Shown: positions 60,301 to 64,000 of the stretch, piece after piece
Position numbering within the stretch: position 1 is the stretch's first letter
How the letters are laid out: each line of letters starts with the position of its first letter
NCBI RefSeq assembly: GCF_052425735.1
Contig: NC_135770.1
Coordinates: forward strand, 31,434,001 to 31,498,000
From: Oculina patagonica
Taxonomy: Eukaryota
Length of the DNA stretch: 64,000 nucleotides
Direction: 5' to 3'
Program-made: the position numbers and the translations under genes
Notes under the pieces: model-generated
Database searches by the model: none
Told to the model about the DNA's origin: nothing
Seen by the model: the letters and a program-made list of their open reading frames with translations, nothing else

Positions 60301-63300
60301 AACACAACAGTTTTTAAAGGCAAAATAAAGATGTCGCTCGTTCAGGAAATCTACGGAGTGGATTTTCCTGTAAGTTGTTGTGAGTAAACTTCAACTGTTT
60401 GGCAGCGTTTTGGGGTAATTACAGAAAAATTTACCGTGGCATTTTCAAAATAATCGCATTTTATTAAAAACGAAGGCTTCCAAAAACCGCTCATAACTTT
60501 AACAAATCGCGTTTGATCGCCATAAAATTTATCATTTTATATAATTTAAGCATTATTTTTTCAGATTCTCAAAAATCTAAGCAATCGCTTCACGTTTTCC
60601 CGTTTTAAAACGCGCTTAAAAAAGGGAACTTTCAGCCTCATAAATACCCGCGGGCCACCTTAAGGCGTGAGAGTTGGCAGGTATAATTTTGCTGCTTGAG
60701 TAGTATACATGTAATTAACACATTATGTACAAAATTGTGCACATTAAATCCAATGTTATAATGGTAATTATTCTACATGTACATGTAAATACAGCTGTTG
60801 TATTAAAATGCTTACTTATTAATTTTGCAGGGACAATATTTGATTTGTTGTCGGAGAAACCAGAGCAGGAGCAAGTGAGTCACTAAGTGTTATCAAACTC
60901 TTACGAAAAGTTAATCAGAAATGTACATACATGTTATGGTTCAATTTTACCCTTCAAGTTGGTACAATTTGGAATTTTCCTCTGGAGAATAAACATTAAA
61001 GTGGGGACTCTGGGTTACTTCCTGCAGTGAAACATAACCAGTACAAATGTAGGGTTTACTAATGACTGTGAACTGAATGTTTCAATGCTGTTTGTTGTTC
61101 CAGGTTCTGTTGAGTCTGCTTGTAAACAAGATAGGAGATCCAGACAGAAAAGTGGCATCAAAAGCTGTTTATCTGACAAGAAGTTTAGGTAAGAAATATA
61201 ACCTAGGGATGATCTCTGTCCCTATCACTCCCAGAGTCTAACCTCAAATACATGTTATTGCCTTTTTCCTAAAGTTCCGTGGCCACGGTGTTTGAGTCTT
61301 GCTGCTTGATCGCCATTTGCATTAATTTGTGTTTCATGTTGCACGTTATATTGGAAAAGAAAGGGACTGGTCGCTACATCTACATTGTATCTGGTTCTAA
61401 ATCACATCTGTAGATAAGCCTCTGCCATTAGTGCGTGATACGATTCAATGAGTGGAATCATTAATTATATGGTACATTTTCTTTGCATTTTCATTGAACT
61501 GTATTTATATTATTTTGTCACATAGCTCTGCCCCTGATTGTGTATACAATGCACCTGTTAACTTAGCTGTTTCTTTTCCTTCTTACTCAGTCACTAAGCA
61601 TCCAAATATGAAGCTTGTGGTCACAAAGGAGATTGAGAAGCTTCTCTACAGACCCAACATTGCCCTCAAGGCTCAGTAAGTGTACAGATATAACATAACT
61701 TTAGAGGCTCTACCATTTACGACCTGCAATACAAGTCTATGGTGCTGTTGGGCCTCTATATACATGTGACAGTAATTGGAATTTGGTCAGTGGTTGGTGT
61801 ATTGGTGGGTCGGTCAGTAAGTTTGTGGTCAGGTCGTTGGGTTGGTGGGTGGGTGGGTACAGTAGGTGGGTCAGTTATTCAGTAGGAAGGTCAGTTGGTA
61901 GGTCGGTTGGTTGGGCAGCCAGCTGGTCGGTCTTATTATAGTATCAAAAAGTATAGCTGATTTCTGTGTTGTTTTTGTTTTGTTTTTGCAGATATTTTGC
62001 TGTATGTTTTCTTAATCAGCTGATCCTCACTAAACAAGACAGCGAACTTGCCACCAGACTAATTTCTATCTACTTTTCCTTCTTTGGTGTAAGTTACAGA
62101 AACTATTGCAATACAGTGTACCACTTTATATCTACATGTAACAAATTACCCTATTTTTTGTGTTGTGTGAATAGGCATTCTTAAAAAAAGGAGACATGGA
62201 AGCAAAAATGTTGAGTGCCCTCCTCACAGGAGTCAACAGAGCTTTTCCTTTTGCCAAAGGTATGAAACAGTAACGAGTAACAGACAGTAATCTTATAATA
62301 GAAACGTTGAAAATAGGTAAAAGCTCATTGCAGTCTTGTGGACCATAGGAGCCAGATGGCATGAGAGGACTTGATGCTGGCGCTTGACTCTTGTTTCTGT
62401 ATCTTGAAGTGACTACAGTGTAGGAGTATTGCTGCTTCCCCCTGGGTGGAATGCTTGGCCATCGGAGGCCACCACCCAGCATTTTGTCACATTGTGCTTA
62501 GAATTTCCCACTGCCCATTTATAGTCCTAGCCTTTTCATGCTACAGAAACCCGAGTTAAAGCTCTGAGACTACGAGCCAATTGGGCTTAAAAGGCTTTAC
62601 TTTTTTGTGTGAGGAGCTCTCAATCTGGAATCCAAAGAAGTAACCATGCATTTGCCCCCTGTGCCTTCAAAAGGCTACGACAAAAACGTATTAATTTCAC
62701 AAATCCACAAACCATAGTTAGCATACTGTATGTACGAATTGTGACCTTTCGTGTTGAAGCCCCAAATAGGTACAATAAATGCATGTAGCAGTAACAGCTA
62801 TTTTTTGTTTGTTTGTTTTGTTTTCAGAGGAGGATGAGCAGTACAATGAGCAAATCAACACACTATTCCGTACAGTACATATTGGAACCTTTAATACAAG
62901 TGTACAGGTACGTTGATCTCAACACTGATTGGCTGCTGGTTTCTCTTTACTTTCGCGTGATAAATGAACTTAACTAGTAGGGAGAATTTGGAAGCACACC
63001 GTGGTACTACAGCGTTAAAAATGCAGTCAGCTCCCCGACCTGGCTAAATTGCAGACTTTGGCTGTAATCAACTTCTCCCTTTGGTAGATACAGAGGGTAT
63101 TGAATTCATCTTCAAAACACGCATAAAAAATTGACGAGCTTGCATATACCTCCTTTTTCACGGCGTTGAACAATTTTCTTTTTGTCGTTTTTTTAGGCTC
63201 TTATGCTTCTGTTTCAAGTCATGGAATCAAGGTACTTCACATTTATATTGACAGATTACATTGTGTATTTTCAAAAAGTAAAAGTGATGCATTGGTGAAT

Positions 63301-63440
63301 GTAGTTTGATACTGAATAATAATAAAAAAGATTAGTAATAATTGTTTTTCCTTTTCCTCAGGCAGTCTGTGTCAGATCGATTTTATCAAGCACTTTACGC
63401 CAAACTGCTTGATCCGAGCTTAAAAACCTCCACGAAACAG
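54349..63440 (+). CDS. CEBPZ: CCAAT/enhancer-binding protein zeta (CBF/Mak21/NOC1 ribosome biogenesis factor), 5' part; 18 exons seen, gene continues beyond the window
   Basis: Exons 54349-54453, 54590-54676, 54831-54892, 55479-55725, 56197-56305, 56740-56840, 57059-57146, 57852-57919, 58109-58240, 58467-58512, 60831-60874, 61104-61188, 61591-61675, 61992-62088, 62175-62259, 62828-62907, 63197-63231, 63362-63440. Motifs SGTLNDKVAALT, KPEQEQ, LVNKIGDP, HPNMK, LSALLTGVNRAFPF, FNTSVQALMLLFQ, DRFYQALY. Confidence 0.93.
55128..55208. repeat. Degenerate (CAT)n microsatellite
   Basis: gtcatcatcatcaacatcatcattgtcattgtc... Confidence 0.8.
58576..60685. mobile_element. Host MITE (~430 bp without its insert), hAT-like, 6-bp TSD
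   Basis: attttg|tatacctgccaact ... agttggcaggtata|attttg, with internal ggcgtgaga subrepeats. Confidence 0.8.
58987..60659. mobile_element. 1673-bp palindromic non-autonomous DNA transposon, TTAA TSD, GG...CC termini (Kolobok-like)
   Basis: ttaa|ggtggcccgcgggtatttatgaggctga ... tcagcctcataaatacccgcgggccacc|ttaa. Arms ~58987-59786 and ~59861-60659 are near-perfect reverse complements. Confidence 0.9.
61795..61930. repeat. Degenerate (GGTN)n microsatellite
   Basis: ggtgggtcggtcagt..ggttggtgggtgggtggg..ggtaggtcggttggttgg. Confidence 0.7.
62340..62602 (-). mobile_element. Degenerate family-A SINE fragments
   Basis: aggagtattgctgcttcccc..ggaatgct.g.ccatc..cccagcatt..cccatttata, then atgctacagaaaccc..ctttac in the opposite orientation. 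Confidence 0.55.
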
Positions 63441-64000
63441 GTGAGCACTAAGGGTTGTCTTTTTAATCTTTTTTGTAAGTTAGCCTGCCGTATGTACTTT
63501 ATATGTACCGTTACATGTAGTAAGACCTGCCAAGGTCCAGAAATCTCGATGTACTCCAGAGGCGGTCCCTCGCCTGCCTGGTTATCTAGCTACCAGACAA
63601 AATCCTTTTGGGAAGTTGATTTTTGATGAATAGGATGTATCCTCTTGACAAGAACTGCTGCGAGAACTTTCGGAGATCTTGTTAACCTCTGAGGAATTTT
63701 TGAGAGCGGCATATTTGATTCCTCGCGTAAGACTGCGTCGCGCGTTGTTTTTCTCGGCCGGCACGCGGCCTCGTATTGGATTTTGGAAATAGTTTTATAA
63801 TGTTCCACTGGTTCTGAGTTTCTGAGCGCTATATTAAAACTTCACTTTAGAAAATCGTGCAACATACTCAAAGACCTTCTCAGCCAATGAAAATCCATTG
63901 GCGTTTTGGCATAAGCGACATGTCCCGCGCTTTTCATCGGTTGCAGGTTTTTCCCTTGGAATCCATTTGGTGTTGGTATACATAAAGCCGTATTCTCTCT

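Noticed and set aside
58987-60659. piggyBac assignment for the TTAA-flanked palindrome
   Set aside because: Termini are GG...CC rather than the CC...GG typical of piggyBac, so Kolobok fits better.

Overview
AT-rich, intron-containing animal genomic DNA. The USOMP5-like genes and the repeat families point to a cnidarian, most likely a scleractinian coral (inference). All gene models were built by hand from GT-AG boundaries. Genes: (1) a frameshifted, chimeric PAN/Apple-EGF-USOMP5-like gene (~5.8-9.8 kb, +), preceded by decayed tandem duplicates; (2) a complete 21-exon glycogen phosphorylase (14001-31529, +), which contains a U12-type minor intron and has a phased RCGTG cluster just upstream; (3) an orphan type-I single-pass membrane protein of about 1000 aa (46415 to ~35627, -); (4) a secreted USOMP5-like gene (49545-51021, +); (5) an intronless IPPK (54228-52546, -) with a 5x11-aa Cys/His insert, head-to-head with (6) CEBPZ/NOC1 (from 54349, +, running off the window), the two ATGs being 120 bp apart. 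Mobile DNA is dense: a Helentron-like insertion encoding a 2A (StopGo) peptide followed by an OTU domain, a Crypton remnant, a 1.67-kb TTAA-flanked palindromic Kolobok-like element nested in another MITE, many Tc1/pogo, Harbinger and hAT-like MITEs, tRNA-derived SINEs and LINE tail remnants. The octamer TACATGTA is strongly concentrated in the introns of the two housekeeping genes. No CRISPR array, rRNA or genuine tRNA gene was found.
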